From positions 1 to 18,155 of the forward strand of contig JBBDRK010000058.1 of NCBI GenBank assembly GCA_040905465.1: DNA of 18,155 nt. The letters are read 5' to 3'. Under the pieces are notes generated by a model, which was not told where the DNA came from, did no database searches, and worked only from the letters and a program-made list of their open reading frames with translations. A program made the translations under genes and the position numbers. The stretch is from Trueperaceae bacterium. Its GTDB lineage: Bacteria > Deinococcota > Deinococci > Deinococcales > Trueperaceae. Position 1 is the stretch's first letter; the number at the start of each line of letters is the position of its first letter. Shown in pieces: positions 17,663 through 18,155 of this stretch.

Positions 17663-17820
17663 GCGACGCTCATCCCCCGAAACAACGATTGCAGGTCATG
17701 TTACCTCAGGTGCCGCTGAATCCCACGTACTTCAGCGGGGTAAGATTGGAGTCGGGAAGGGACGATTCGGCTGGTGGGACAGGCGTGTTCTCGTTGGCAT
17801 CGGCGGCGACCGCGGAAAGA

Positions 17821-17881
17821 GCAGCCGACGGGTTGCATGTTTGACCGATAAGAGCTAATGTGCAACCCGGAGGTTGCACAT
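17821..17881 (+). promoter_or_regulatory. Promoter with two palindromic operators (GCAACC-N4-GGTTGC) upstream of the SRPBCC gene
   Basis: Perfect ATGTGCAACC-CGGA-GGTTGCACAT (17858-17881); degenerate GCAGCC-GACG-GGTTGC (17821-17836); TTGCAT-N17-TAATGT (17833-17861). Confidence 0.7.
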
Positions 17882-18155
17882 GAACGATCGAATCGAGAAG
17901 CGGATCGAACTTCGGGGTCCCACCTCACGGGTCTGGCGTGCGCTCACAGACCATCGAGAGTTCGGCGAATGGTTTGGCGTAACGCTGGACGAGCCGTTCG
18001 AACCCGGCCAGGTCTCTCGGGGCCGGATAACGCATCCCGGATATGAGCATCTGGAGTGGGAAGCTGTGGTGCAGATAATGGAGCCCGAGCGGCTGTTCTC
18101 GTTCACCTGGCACCCCCATGCAGTTGACCCGGAGATCGACTACTCCGCGGAGCCG
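17880..18155 (+). CDS. SRPBCC (Aha1/CalC-like START fold) family protein, 3'-truncated by window edge
   Basis: Manual translation MNDRIEKRIELRGPTSRVWRALTDHREFGEWFG...MEPERLFSFTWHP...; GGAGG RBS at 17869-17873; absent from the ORF track because there is no stop in the window. Confidence 0.88.
   Translation, partial: MNDRIEKRIELRGPTSRVWRALTDHREFGEWFGVTLDEPFEPGQVSRGRITHPGYEHLEWEAVVQIMEPERLFSFTWHPHAVDPEIDYSAEP

Noticed and set aside
17855-18119. Short ORF-track calls at the window end
   Set aside because: Superseded by the SRPBCC frame starting at 17880.
1-18155. CRISPR arrays, tRNA/rRNA genes, transposases or integrases
   Set aside because: No regularly spaced repeats, cloverleaf structures or recombinase motifs were found by eye.

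Overview
High-GC bacterial chromosomal window; a Deinococcota-like host is a tentative inference from the gene mix and several apparently leaderless genes. In order: the 3' end of a NuoM/NuoN-like antiporter-subunit pair, a small DUF3006-like gene, a K+-independent-type membrane pyrophosphatase (hppA), phosphoglucomutase (pgm), a small stand-alone winged-HTH protein, a PII-like cyclic-di-AMP receptor (DarA/PstA family), an MFS transporter, a GT9 glycosyltransferase, a DrrAB-like ABC exporter, a LarA-superfamily (nickel-pincer) racemase/epimerase divergent from gndA, an orphan triple-PAS histidine kinase, and the 5' part of an SRPBCC gene absent from the ORF track. No rRNA, tRNA, CRISPR array or transposase was seen. 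The most notable non-annotated signals are: (i) a near-consensus promoter followed by a short uORF ([19 protein letters not shown]) in a ~190-nt structured leader with competing pairings, upstream of the drug-exporter ABC operon (candidate ribosome-sensing attenuator); (ii) the LarA-homolog/gnd divergon, with a 31-aa ORF coupled to the LarA start; (iii) a double palindromic operator over the SRPBCC promoter; (iv) degenerate 15-bp repeat expansions in Pgm and at the Gnd N-terminus.
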